This document shows, in pieces, positions 18,128-27,202 of a stretch of 64,000 nt of DNA (position 1 is the stretch's first letter; every line of letters starts with the position of its first letter). The notes beneath the pieces are model-generated. The model saw only the letters and a program-made list of their open reading frames with translations, was not told the DNA's origin and searched no databases. The DNA is taken from contig JADJUV010000025.1 in assembly GCA_016716885.1 (NCBI GenBank), positions 2,688-66,687 on the forward strand. The letters run 5' to 3'. Both the position numbers and the translations under genes were made by a program. Source of the DNA: Candidatus Trichofilum aggregatum (GTDB taxonomy: Bacteria > Chloroflexota > Anaerolineae > Promineifilales > Promineifilaceae).

Positions 18128-19015
18128 ATGACTGCCAAAATCATTGATGGCAACGAAATTGCCAACCGTATCCGCGAAAACGTCCGCCTCGACGTGGCCA
18201 AAATGAAAGCCGAACACGATTACGTGCCCGGCCTCGCCACCGTCCTCGTCGGCGATAGCACCGCCTCCGCCACCTACGTGCGCATGAAACGCAAAGCCTG
18301 CGAAGAAGCCGGCATCAACTCCATCCATCACGAACTGCCCGGCGACATCTCCCAGGCCGACCTCGAAGCCCTCGTCCGCCAGCTCAACGCCGACCCCGCC
18401 GTGAATGGCATCCTGGTGCAACTCCCCCTGCCTGATCCCCTCGACGAAGAAGCCGTGCTCAACGCCATTGACCTCAAAAAAGACGTAGACGGTTTCCACC
18501 CCGTCAACATCGGCCGCCTCGCCATGAAAGGGCGCGACCCCCTCTTCATCCCCTGCACCCCCTACGGCTGTATGGTTCTACTCGAAGAAGCCGGGGCCAA
18601 ACTCAAGGGCGCCAACGCCGTTGTCCTGGGCCGCTCCAACATCGTCGGCCTGCCCATGGCCATGCTCCTGCAAAAAGCCGATGCCACCGTCACCATCTGC
18701 CACAGCCGCACCCGTGACCTCACCGGTTTCCTGCGCCAGGCCGATGTCATCATCGCCGCCGTCGGCCGCGCCGAAATGGTCACGGGCGACATGATCAAAC
18801 CCGGAGCCGTCGTCATTGATGTCGGCATCAACCGCAAAGACGACCCCACCGCCAAACGGGGCTACCGCCTCGTCGGCGACGTGCATTACGAATCCGCCAA
18901 AGAAGTGGCGGGCGCGATTACCCCCGTCCCCGGCGGCGTCGGCCCCATGACCATCGCCATGCTCATGCAGAACACGCTCAAAGCGGCGCAACTTGTTGTT
19001 AATAGTAAGAAGTGA
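18128..19015 (+). CDS. folD: Bifunctional methylenetetrahydrofolate dehydrogenase / methenyl-THF cyclohydrolase
   Basis: Characteristic ILVQLPLP, DVDGFHP, TPYGC, VVLGRSNIVGLPMA and ITPVPGGVGPMT motifs. Confidence 0.95.
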   Translation: MTAKIIDGNEIANRIRENVRLDVAKMKAEHDYVPGLATVLVGDSTASATYVRMKRKACEEAGINSIHHELPGDISQADLEALVRQLNADPAVNGILVQLPLPDPLDEEAVLNAIDLKKDVDGFHPVNIGRLAMKGRDPLFIPCTPYGCMVLLEEAGAKLKGANAVVLGRSNIVGLPMAMLLQKADATVTICHSRTRDLTGFLRQADVIIAAVGRAEMVTGDMIKPGAVVIDVGINRKDDPTAKRGYRLVGDVHYESAKEVAGAITPVPGGVGPMTIAMLMQNTLKAAQLVVNSKK

Positions 19016-19083
19016 ACAGTAAACAGTAAACAGTGAACAGTAGGCCATGACTGTTCACTGACCACTGTTCACTGTTTACTATC
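19014..19083. repeat. Hairpin of heptamer words (TGAACAG/TAAACAG)x4 and complement, between folD and fhs
   Basis: TGAACAG TAAACAG TAAACAG TGAACAG T, loop AGGCCATGA, then CTGTTCA CTGACCA CTGTTCA CTGTTTA CT. Confidence 0.9.
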
Positions 19084-19102
19084 CCATCCCCAGGAGAATC
19101 CC

Positions 19103-20881
19103 ATGAGTCGTTTCAACCGTTTGACCCCCGTTCCTTCTGATCTGGACATCGCCCAGGCGGCTACCCCTTTATCCATCATCGAAATCGCCGCCCAAATCGG
19201 CCTCAGCCCCGACGATTTGATCATGTACGGCAAAACGAAGGCCAAAGTCCATCTGGATGTGCTCAAAAGATTGCCCGAAAAACCCATTGCCAAATATGTG
19301 GACGTGACCGCCATCACCCCCACGCCCCTGGGCGAAGGTAAAACCACCACCAGCGTCGGTCTGACACAGGGGTTGGGCGCATTGGGCTACAAAGCCATCG
19401 CCTGCATCCGCCAACCCAGCATGGGGCCGACGTTCGGCATCAAGGGTGGGGCGGCTGGTGGTGGTTACAGCCAGATCATCCCCATGGAAGATTTCAACCT
19501 GCACCTGACGGGGGATATTCATGCCATCACGGCGGCACATAATCTGGTCGCGGCCGCGATTGATGCCCGCATTTTCCACGAAGACCGCATGACCGATGAG
19601 CAACTGGCGAAAATCGGCCTCACCCGGCTAGACATTGACCCCTACGCCCTCACCTGGAACCGGGTCATGGATGTGAACGACCGCAGTCTGCGTAACGTCA
19701 TCGTCGGCCTCGGCCCCAACGAAGACGGGCGGCCGCGCCAGACCGGCTTCGATATCACCGTCGCCAGCGAAATCATGGCGATTTTGGCCCTGGTCAATGG
19801 CACGGATTACCGTTCCGCTTTGAAAGATTTGCGCCAGCGTTGCGGCCGCATCGTCATCGGCAACAGCAAGAGCAAAAAACCGATCACCCTGGAAGAGTTG
19901 GGTGTGGCCGGAGCCGTGACCGTACTCATGAAAGATGCCCTGCACCCCAACCTCATGCAAACCCTCGAAGGGCAACCGGCCTTCGTCCATGCTGGCCCCT
20001 TCGCCAACATCGCCCACGGCAACTCATCCATCCTGGCCGACCAGATCGCCATGCGCCTGGGCGATTTCGTCATCACCGAATCCGGCTTCGGCGCGGACAT
20101 TGGCATGGAGAAATTCTTCGACATCAAATGCCGCTACTCCGGCCTCATTCCCAACTGCGTGGTGCTGGTGGCGACCATCCGCGCCCTGAAGATGCACGGC
20201 GGCGGCCCCAAAGTGGTGCCCGGAAAACCGCTCGCGGCCGCGTACATCGAAGAAAATATTGACCTGCTCAACGCGGGCATGGCTAATCTGGCGGCCCACA
20301 TTCGCAACGCCAAACGGTTTGGCATCCCCGTTGTCGTCGCCATCAACAAATTCCACACCGACACCCCCGCCGAAGTTGAAGCGGTGCGTCAGGGAGCTAT
20401 CGCCGCTGGGGCAGAAACGGCGGTGATGAGTGATCATTGGGCCTTGGGTGGTGATGGGGCGATGGAACTGGCGGAAGCGGTCGCGGCCGCGTGCCAACAA
20501 CCGTCCAACTTCAGCTTCCTCTACCCGCTGGAGCAATCCATCAAGGCCAAGATTGAGACGATTGCCAAGGAGATGTACGGCGCGGCCGCGGTCACTTACG
20601 AACCCCTGGCCGAGCAACAGATCAAATCCTACGAAGCCAACGGCTTCGGCAACCTGCCCATCTGCATGGCCAAAACGCATCTCAGCTTAAGCCACGACCC
20701 CAACCTGAAAAACGCGCCCACCGGTTTCACCGTCCCCGTGCGCGAAGTACGGGCCTCTGTCGGTGCTGGGTTCATCTATCCCTTGCTAGGCACCATGCGC
20801 ACCATGCCTGGCCTGGGCAGCAAACCCGCCTACATGAACGTAGACATAGACGAAGACGGTCGCGTCCTCGGCCTGTTCTAA
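19103..20881 (+). CDS. fhs: Formate--tetrahydrofolate ligase
   Basis: [13 protein letters not shown]-loop region, [15 protein letters not shown] and ICMAKT motifs. Full length is intact. Confidence 0.95.
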   Translation: MSRFNRLTPVPSDLDIAQAATPLSIIEIAAQIGLSPDDLIMYGKTKAKVHLDVLKRLPEKPIAKYVDVTAITPTPLGEGKTTTSVGLTQGLGALGYKAIACIRQPSMGPTFGIKGGAAGGGYSQIIPMEDFNLHLTGDIHAITAAHNLVAAAIDARIFHEDRMTDEQLAKIGLTRLDIDPYALTWNRVMDVNDRSLRNVIVGLGPNEDGRPRQTGFDITVASEIMAILALVNGTDYRSALKDLRQRCGRIVIGNSKSKKPITLEELGVAGAVTVLMKDALHPNLMQTLEGQPAFVHAGPFANIAHGNSSILADQIAMRLGDFVITESGFGADIGMEKFFDIKCRYSGLIPNCVVLVATIRALKMHGGGPKVVPGKPLAAAYIEENIDLLNAGMANLAAHIRNAKRFGIPVVVAINKFHTDTPAEVEAVRQGAIAAGAETAVMSDHWALGGDGAMELAEAVAAACQQPSNFSFLYPLEQSIKAKIETIAKEMYGAAAVTYEPLAEQQIKSYEANGFGNLPICMAKTHLSLSHDPNLKNAPTGFTVPVREVRASVGAGFIYPLLGTMRTMPGLGSKPAYMNVDIDEDGRVLGLF

Positions 20882-20896
20882 AATCCACTTGAACCA

Positions 20897-20935
20897 AATA
20901 GACGGATTACGCCAAACCTGGGTAATCCGTCTATT
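20897..20935 (+). terminator. Stem-loop downstream of fhs
   Basis: AATAGACGGATTAC (20897-20910) pairs perfectly with GTAATCCGTCTATT (20922-20935). The T tract is weak (TATTAATT). Confidence 0.55.
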
Positions 20936-21258
20936 AATTCTCTTCCTTAAACGTCGATTAGATTTGCCTCACTCAGTCCACTTCATTCCCCTCTCGTTTT
21001 TACCTTTTCCTCTCTGGCCAAAGGCCTTTGTATAACCTATCTATACCCCTCACTTGTATCAAGGTACATGAGAAATCGCGGCCGCTACCCTACAGTAAGG
21101 CTAACGTCTGGTCTTGCCCGATGTTTAACCAGGCGATAACCATACAGGCAGTGGGCATAAACAAAGGTTTTCGCCCCGTCACCCCCTCGCTTTGTCGCCG
21201 CGTCGGGCATATATCCCTGTTGGGGAGCCAACCTTGTTTCAGGGAAAAGGAGTATCAC

Positions 21259-23100
21259 ATGAATAAACATCCACTAAATCGCCTGATGCCAGGGCAACGC
21301 CTTATCGCGCTGCTGTGGGGACTGCTGGTAGTTATGATGATAACAGGGTGTGGCACTGGCGCGGCCGCGGACCCCACCCCCACGCCTGATCAAGAGGCTC
21401 AAATCTCCGCCGCCGCCCAAACCTACCTCACCTTAAGCCAGGATGCCCTGGCCCAACAATTAGGTATTCCTCCCCCAGAGATTGAACTGGAAAGTATGAT
21501 TGAACCGTTTGAAGTCGGTGGAACCTTCATCATCAGACTGAACGCCCAGGGCCAAACCTATGAATACCACGGTATGAATAACGAAGTCCTGCTTGTTTCA
21601 GACCCCTTACCAACGGCCGCCGCCACGGTAGAAATAGCGGCCACAACTGATACCACGCTCACCCCTTCCATCCCCACCGGAACCTACACCTCGACCCACA
21701 CTTTCGAGCTAGCGCTGGTAGATGATCTACAAATCATGTTTGATGACGGGGCGCCTGCCCCTGTGAGTGTGTTCATCAGTGGGCAACTACGGGGTGGCTG
21801 CGAAGAAATTTATGAAAGTAGTGCCATCATGGTAAACGACACAACCTTTGTGGTTGATGTGATGACCCGTCGTCCGAATGATGTAGCCTGTACTCTGGCA
21901 CTCGTTCCTTACACCCACACCGTATCGCTGGGCACCGAAGCCGCAGATTTACCCCCTGGCGAGTACACTGTGGTCGTAAACGATGAACACACCACCACTT
22001 TTGCCTGGCCAAACGGCAGTGGCATCAACACACCCTTGCCGCCCACGGTAAGCTTCACCCTGACGGAGACGGTTGCTATCTCTAGCACCACCCAGATCAT
22101 CACGGCCACTGAGGTGACTGAAGACAGGCCGTACTGGGAACTTTTCCCCCTGCATACGGAAATCACATTAGCCGGATATGTCCAGCCAGATTCTTTGCTG
22201 GTCCCGCGCCTTTTGGTTTATCCGGCCAGTGAGTTTGCGCGGCTGAGCGACGCGGCCGCGGCCCAAATTGACGCCCTCAGTGAACTCTTGGCCACAGAGC
22301 CACTACTGGTTGAAGCGCAAACATTGCCATTTCTGCCGCTTTTTAATGCTGCACCCATGTTCCATGCCCAGGGGCAGTATTTGGACTTCGCCAACGGTAG
22401 CGGCATTCGCTACTTGACTCAATACGAACAGGCAACCGTCCCTGTGAACAATCAGGAGCTGTTCTACACGTATCAAGGTTTAACCGATGACGGCGCGTAC
22501 TACGTAGCGGCGGTCTTCCCGGTTTCCCACCCTGATCTGCCCGCCGATATCTCCTCTGTACCAGAGGACATGGCGGATGACTTTGAAACTTATATGAACA
22601 GCGTCATAGAGCAGATGAATGGGGCGGACGCGGCCGCGTTCACGCCGGATTTAGCCACACTTGATGCGTTGGTTCGCTCAATAATGGTTACAGGCCAAGG
22701 TGAACCCGTTGATGAGGGCATTGCCGTCTACACTGGGGCCGATCTGGTACGTGAGCTGGAAAGTGCCGGAGCCACCGTGGCTCTTAGTACCGAACCCATC
22801 TCGGGAGCAGATATCTTTACCGTGTCTGGATACATCCTTTTTGTCAACGGCGAGGAGATTACGCTTTATCAATATGAAAGTGGGGACGCGGCCGCGAGTG
22901 ATGCGGCCCGCATCTCGGCTGATGGATTCATCATTGAGCCGCCTGAAGGCAGTGAAAGCGGAGAGATTGTTGTAGATTGGCTCAATCCCCCCCACTTTTA
23001 CCAGCGCAACAACCTGATCATCCTCTACGTAGGCACGGATGAAAGCATAATAACATTGCTGGAATCTGTGCTCGGCTCACCCTTTGCTGGTGGTCAATAA
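21259..23100 (+). CDS. Large lipoprotein, unknown function
   Basis: AAAAGGAG RBS. MNKHPLNRLMPGQRLIALLWGLLVVMMITGC lipobox followed by a PT-rich linker. No recognisable catalytic motifs. Confidence 0.7.
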   Translation: MNKHPLNRLMPGQRLIALLWGLLVVMMITGCGTGAAADPTPTPDQEAQISAAAQTYLTLSQDALAQQLGIPPPEIELESMIEPFEVGGTFIIRLNAQGQTYEYHGMNNEVLLVSDPLPTAAATVEIAATTDTTLTPSIPTGTYTSTHTFELALVDDLQIMFDDGAPAPVSVFISGQLRGGCEEIYESSAIMVNDTTFVVDVMTRRPNDVACTLALVPYTHTVSLGTEAADLPPGEYTVVVNDEHTTTFAWPNGSGINTPLPPTVSFTLTETVAISSTTQIITATEVTEDRPYWELFPLHTEITLAGYVQPDSLLVPRLLVYPASEFARLSDAAAAQIDALSELLATEPLLVEAQTLPFLPLFNAAPMFHAQGQYLDFANGSGIRYLTQYEQATVPVNNQELFYTYQGLTDDGAYYVAAVFPVSHPDLPADISSVPEDMADDFETYMNSVIEQMNGADAAAFTPDLATLDALVRSIMVTGQGEPVDEGIAVYTGADLVRELESAGATVALSTEPISGADIFTVSGYILFVNGEEITLYQYESGDAAASDAARISADGFIIEPPEGSESGEIVVDWLNPPHFYQRNNLIILYVGTDESIITLLESVLGSPFAGGQ

Positions 23101-23144
23101 CCTGATGCCGCGCCCATCATCATTTATGTTGAGTAAAATAGGAA

Positions 23145-23174
23145 TTGACAACCCTTTGTCAACTGTTTTATAGT
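23145..23174 (+). promoter_or_regulatory. Near-consensus sigma-70-type promoter
   Basis: TTGACA (23145-23150), 18-nt spacer, TATAGT (23169-23174). Confidence 0.6.
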
Positions 23175-23180
23175 AGCAAT

Positions 23181-23387
23181 GTCGATATAGCCTCAGATGA
23201 CAGGCAGTTGACCAGAAAAGTAAGTGGTATTGAATTCCCGCTAGTGTGCCGGAAAGCCTCGACCAAACCAGGATTCGTCCCGGGGTCAGAGCCAACATCT
23301 GTGTCAGTGGCCACCACGGAATTCCCCTGACATACACCCACTTTACCTCTGGCAGTGACACTACCTGATCCATCTGAGGTTTTTTTC
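23181..23387 (+). ncRNA. Candidate ~200-nt structured sRNA (6S-like closing helix), identity unknown
   Basis: Starts just after the promoter. The 5' ~45 nt (CCTCAGATGACAGGCAGTTGACCAGAAAAGTAAGTGG) pair imperfectly with the 3' ~45 nt (CCCACTTTACCTCTGGCAGTGACACTACCTGATCCATCTGAGG). Ends in T7. No ORF. Confidence 0.45.
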
Positions 23388-23569
23388 GTCCTTATGGGCC
23401 ATTAGTATGAGTTTGTTATGAGCAAGTGAGCCAGGGAGCACCTGTGAGAAGATTGCTCTGGACAAAATCCACAAAAGGTGACATACTCCATTCGTTATAT
23501 TGTTTTCCATCTCGGCTCAGTTTGCACTGTGATTTGGTATGGAAGTTAGTTCACTTAGGAGAAGACAAG

Positions 23570-23953
23570 TTGTCTAAGAAAATTTATGTTGGTAATCTGT
23601 CCTTTGAAGCAACAGAGGAGCAAGTTCGAGAGTTATTTGGACAGCACGGCACGGTAGAATCTGTTGCTCTGATCAATGATCGGGACACGGGCAGATTTCG
23701 TGGCTTCGGCTTTGTCGAAATGGAAGACGCTGCGGCCGCTGATGCTATTAAGGCTCTTGATGGCAAAGAAGTAGACGGTCGTGCCCTGCGTGTAAACGAA
23801 GCCCGCCCCCAAGAAAACCGTTCATTCGGTGGTGGTGGCGATCGTGGTGGCCGTAGCAGTGGCGGCAGCGGTGGTTTCGGCGGCGGTCGTCGCGATTCCG
23901 GTAACCGGAGTGGCGGTGGCAGCGGTGGCAACAGTGGTAGCCGTCGTTGGTAA
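23570..23953 (+). CDS. RRM-type glycine-rich RNA-binding protein
   Basis: RNP2 KIYVGNL and RNP1 RGFGFVEM, with a C-terminal RGG/GGS tail. TTG start 8 nt after TAGGAGAAG. Confidence 0.9.
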   Translation: MSKKIYVGNLSFEATEEQVRELFGQHGTVESVALINDRDTGRFRGFGFVEMEDAAAADAIKALDGKEVDGRALRVNEARPQENRSFGGGGDRGGRSSGGSGGFGGGRRDSGNRSGGGSGGNSGSRRW

Positions 23954-23996
23954 TTTCTGAACTGTAACTCAACTGAACCAGATTGGTTCGTTGGTT

Positions 23997-24038
23997 TAAA
24001 AAAGACCGTTTCCTTAACTGGAAGCGGTCTTTTTATTT
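23997..24038 (+). terminator. Intrinsic terminator of the RRM gene
   Basis: AAAAAGACCGTTTCC, loop TTAACT, GGAAGCGGTCTTTTTATTT. Confidence 0.85.
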
Positions 24039-24070
24039 GTAGCTATTCAGCTAATCATTTTGAGTTTTTG

Positions 24071-24237
24071 TTCGTAGTGACCGCTTTTGTTGATTAAATT
24101 TTTAATCGGGTAATGAGGGATCCTCCCCCTTCGCTGGGGGAAGTCGGGTGTGGCGCGCCGAAACCGGTCCGCCCGGGGGCGGGGGGGTGGGGGAAACCGG
24201 TCACCTGACTATTTTCAACTAAAGCGGTCACTACGAA
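24071..24237. mobile_element. MITE-like element with 18-bp inverted termini enclosing G/C-run repeat copy 2
   Basis: TTCGTAGTGACCGCTTTT (24071-24088) and AAAGCGGTCACTACGAA (24221-24237). The interior carries GGGGGCGGGGGGGTGGGGGAAACCGG, the reverse complement of the 9003-9050 module. Confidence 0.6.
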
Positions 24238-24323
24238 TCGTATCTTTTTCTTGAAAGCTATAGCAGGGTGAAGCTGCGTCCTAAAAAATCTGCCTGAAGT
24301 TTCGTTTTCTGGAAGGTGAATCT

Positions 24324-24872
24324 ATGAATGTCTTGGTAACGGAACGGCTGCATTTACGCCACCTTACGATTAACGATGCGCCGTTCATCTTTGAACTACT
24401 GAATGAACCCTCTTTTATCCAAAACATCGGTGACCGGGGGATACGCACGGTAGATGATGCCCAGGCCTATATTTTGAACGGCCCTGTAGCCAGCTACGAA
24501 CGATTTGGTTTTGGTTTGTTTTTAGTCGAGCTTAAAGAAGCGCATACGCCAATTGGCATGTGTGGGCTGATAAAAAGGGATAATTTGCCTGATGTAGACG
24601 TCGGTTTTGCGTTTCTCCCCCGGTTCTGGGGGTTGGGGTATGCCTTTGAGTCGGCTGCGGCTGTGATGACTTATGGCCATGAGGTATTGGGGTTGAACCG
24701 GATCGTGGCTATCGTTTTGCCAGACAACGTTGGCTCCATCAATGTCCTACAAAAAATTGGCCTTACCTTTGAGCGGATGATTCGTTGGACTGATGATGGC
24801 AGCGAGCTTAAGTTATTTGGCCCGCCGGAAAAGCCCACAGTCCTGGCAAACCACCCGTATGCAGAAAAATGA
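24324..24872 (+). CDS. GNAT-family N-acetyltransferase (RimJ/RimL-like)
   Basis: 182 aa with RLHLRHLTINDAPFIFELLNEP... and FWGLGYAFESAAAV acetyl-CoA-binding region. Confidence 0.8.
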   Translation: MNVLVTERLHLRHLTINDAPFIFELLNEPSFIQNIGDRGIRTVDDAQAYILNGPVASYERFGFGLFLVELKEAHTPIGMCGLIKRDNLPDVDVGFAFLPRFWGLGYAFESAAAVMTYGHEVLGLNRIVAIVLPDNVGSINVLQKIGLTFERMIRWTDDGSELKLFGPPEKPTVLANHPYAEK

Positions 24873-25857
24873 GATGTTCATCTGGTTGAAAATGCCCCTG
24901 GTGTCGTAAATCTAATAAACCGGCGAACGCTTTGGCTGAATAGACGGGGTCAAGAAGAATGCCTTCTTGTTGAGCCATGAGACCCATGGCCTGCCGGGTA
25001 GGTTCGTCAAGCTGGCTATAACCGGGGCCAGCATACCGGTTTTCAATGAGAGGGATATCGCGGCCGCGCCAGCCCTCATGCTCCCCCAATAAGCGGCTAA
25101 TCTGCCCGGCCAACCGGGCCAGACTGTCCGGGAATCCCCGCCACAACTTACCAATATCCAACCCCAACACCCGCAAGGGCGAATTGAGCAACCGCAAACC
25201 GGTCATTAGTCCGGCCAACGTTCCCCCTGTGCCAGCAGCGGTCAAAATCGTGGTTTTATCTGGGGGTAAACCCATGGCCTGGACCTGCTGATGCAGTTCA
25301 AGCGCGGCCGCGACATACCCCAAACAGCCCAAAGGTGTATGCCCACCCACCGGCATATAATACGTTCCTGGCCCTACAATGAGCCGAGATACCCACCGCA
25401 CCAGCCGGGTGGTCTGTTCCAGGGTCATTGCGCCGCTACTTTGGCCGCCAAAGGGGATGAAGTGCAGGCTGGCTCCTAATAGGTCATCTAACAGCAGATT
25501 GCCCTCTAGTGGCACCGGGCGCGGCGCGAAGAAAAAAAGATGGGCTTGTAGACCGAGGGGAACGCACGCGGCCGCGGTCATACGAGCATGGTTTGACTGC
25601 AAACCGCCAAAGGTGACAACCTTTTTATAGCCCCGGTTCACGGCTTCGGCCAGCAGAAATTCCAGTTTGCGCCCTTTGTTGCCCCCCATCGCCGGGCCAA
25701 TGCCGTCATCCCGTTTGATCCAGAGGGTGGGGCCAGCCAGTTGTTTTTCCAGCCGCGCCAACCGCTCCAGCGGTGTAGGGTAGCTGCCATAAGTCAGCCG
25801 GGGAAAGCAGTTGAGGCGGATGGCTAGATCGTCAGGAATCATGAGTATAGCTTTCAA
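24808..25857 (-). CDS. ACC deaminase / D-cysteine desulfhydrase family PLP enzyme
   Basis: YPTPLERL..LWIKRDD...GGNKGRKLEFLL..., GGLQSNHARMTAAA and TGGT motifs. The 3' end overlaps the convergent GNAT gene by 65 nt. Confidence 0.85.
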   Translation of the reverse strand: MKAILMIPDDLAIRLNCFPRLTYGSYPTPLERLARLEKQLAGPTLWIKRDDGIGPAMGGNKGRKLEFLLAEAVNRGYKKVVTFGGLQSNHARMTAAACVPLGLQAHLFFFAPRPVPLEGNLLLDDLLGASLHFIPFGGQSSGAMTLEQTTRLVRWVSRLIVGPGTYYMPVGGHTPLGCLGYVAAALELHQQVQAMGLPPDKTTILTAAGTGGTLAGLMTGLRLLNSPLRVLGLDIGKLWRGFPDSLARLAGQISRLLGEHEGWRGRDIPLIENRYAGPGYSQLDEPTRQAMGLMAQQEGILLDPVYSAKAFAGLLDLRHQGHFQPDEHLIFLHTGGLPGLWAFPAGQIT

Positions 25858-25884
25858 GAAAAGGATTTTCGGTTTGTTGTCGTG

Positions 25885-25928
25885 ACTTTAGCCGACCAAC
25901 GGTAGCCCGCTAAAGCGGTCACTACGAA
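25885..25928. repeat. Hairpin with ACTTTAG/CTAAAG core; right arm identical to the 24219-24237 terminus
   Basis: GTCGTGACTTTAGCCGA ... CCCGCTAAAGCGGTCACTACGAA. The 19-nt CTAAAGCGGTCACTACGAA is identical at 24219 and 25910. Confidence 0.75.
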
Positions 25929-25963
25929 CGAAAATTCCAGATGATTATCAGCCCATCTATCAT

Positions 25964-26932
25964 TCAAGCCTTGTTATTTAGCCGCAATTCTTCTACCCAC
26001 CGGCGCAAATCTTCCCTGAACCAGTCCGGCTGTTCAATGGTGGCGCGAGAACCTAATCCTAACAGATGGGCGCGGGCCTGTTCCTGGCTGACAAAGGAGA
26101 GCGTGAGTTGAATCCGACCCTGATCGTCGGTGGGGCCAGCCTGGGCCAGTAAGGTGTGGATGGCGTCGCCGTAGAGTTCGGTGAGGTAGGCCATGCCCGC
26201 GGCCGCGACCCGGGCTACTACCTCAAAACGGGGGAACTGTTGCTCTACGCCAGCCTGCCATTCTTGCCAAAAGGGGGCCAGGTTGAAGGTGTGCGGCCGC
26301 GTAAAGGTTTGCTCCGTCAGGTGGGCTTCCTGAATGCGGGTTACCCGATACACCATGATAGTGCCCCGGTTGCCCACCACCATATACCAGATACCCCCTT
26401 TGGCTACCAAACCATACGGCTCCACCAGCCGCGTAATCCAGCGGCCATCCTGGGTGCGATAAACCATTTTCAGGCGACGATGTTGCCACATCGCTTCTTC
26501 AACCAGCGGCAGAAACGGCGTCGTTTCGGCTGGGCCAAACCAGGGATTATTGTCCACATAAACCCGTTGGCGTACCTGTTCGGCCAAATCTTGTTGCGGC
26601 TTCGGCAAGGAGGCGGTGAGTTTGAGTAAGGCGCTGTTGAGAGTGCGGCCTTCACTCCACGGGGTGTCGGTTTGGGGGATGCTGGCGACAAACAAAGCGC
26701 GAATCTCAGCGGCGGTGAGGCCGGTGAGGCTGGTGCGGTAATTGTCCAGCAGGGCACAGCCGCCATTGGGGCCACGTTCGGCGTAAACAGGCACCCCGAT
26801 AAGGCTCAGGGCTTCGATGTCCCGGTAAATGGTGCGTTCGGAGACTTCCAACTCCCCGGCCAGTTCGCGGGCGGTGAGTTGGCCTCTGGTTTGCAGGAGA
26901 AGGAGAAGGGAGATGAGGCGATCAGCGCGCAT
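25964..26932 (-). CDS. YafY-family transcriptional regulator (HTH + WYL domain)
   Basis: MRADRLISLLLLLQTRGQLTARELAGELEVSERTIYRDIEAL, then a WYL-like core (GIWYMVV). Confidence 0.85.
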   Translation of the reverse strand: MRADRLISLLLLLQTRGQLTARELAGELEVSERTIYRDIEALSLIGVPVYAERGPNGGCALLDNYRTSLTGLTAAEIRALFVASIPQTDTPWSEGRTLNSALLKLTASLPKPQQDLAEQVRQRVYVDNNPWFGPAETTPFLPLVEEAMWQHRRLKMVYRTQDGRWITRLVEPYGLVAKGGIWYMVVGNRGTIMVYRVTRIQEAHLTEQTFTRPHTFNLAPFWQEWQAGVEQQFPRFEVVARVAAAGMAYLTELYGDAIHTLLAQAGPTDDQGRIQLTLSFVSQEQARAHLLGLGSRATIEQPDWFREDLRRWVEELRLNNKA

Positions 26933-27202
26933 AGGATGAGATTAGGAGACTGAGAGATTGAGAGATTAGCGTAATCTTCGCCGGAGTCGTATAAGTGATT
27001 TGCCATAGGGTGTGTTTCCATTTCAGTTGGACAGCAAATAATTGAGTGTGCATTGGGCAGATGAACCTGGGCAGGACATCTCGCCGCCCCGTGCCAGGCA
27101 CTTCTTGCTCAACTCCTTTGAAACATACCTTTGCCATATAGCCAATGGTGACTATTTGTTGTTTACTTAAGCATACCACCATCATCCGGGCAGGAGAAAA
27201 TT

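Noticed and set aside
17804-18499. 231-aa ORF antisense to folD, and similar long antisense ORFs (20024..20680 in fhs, 34307..35176 in the Pat-like gene, 41067..41672 and 43610..44269, 49334..50089 in rsmA, 55222..56421 in the aminotransferase gene)
   Set aside because: These are shadow ORFs opposite confidently identified genes in GC-rich DNA. Their compositions are unnatural (Gly/Val/His/Arg-rich) and they have no motifs.
24808-24872. 65-nt overlap of the convergent GNAT and D-cysteine-desulfhydrase-family genes as a regulatory antisense arrangement
   Set aside because: Given the indel load of this sequence, one of the two C-termini may simply be extended by a frame error. The evidence is insufficient.
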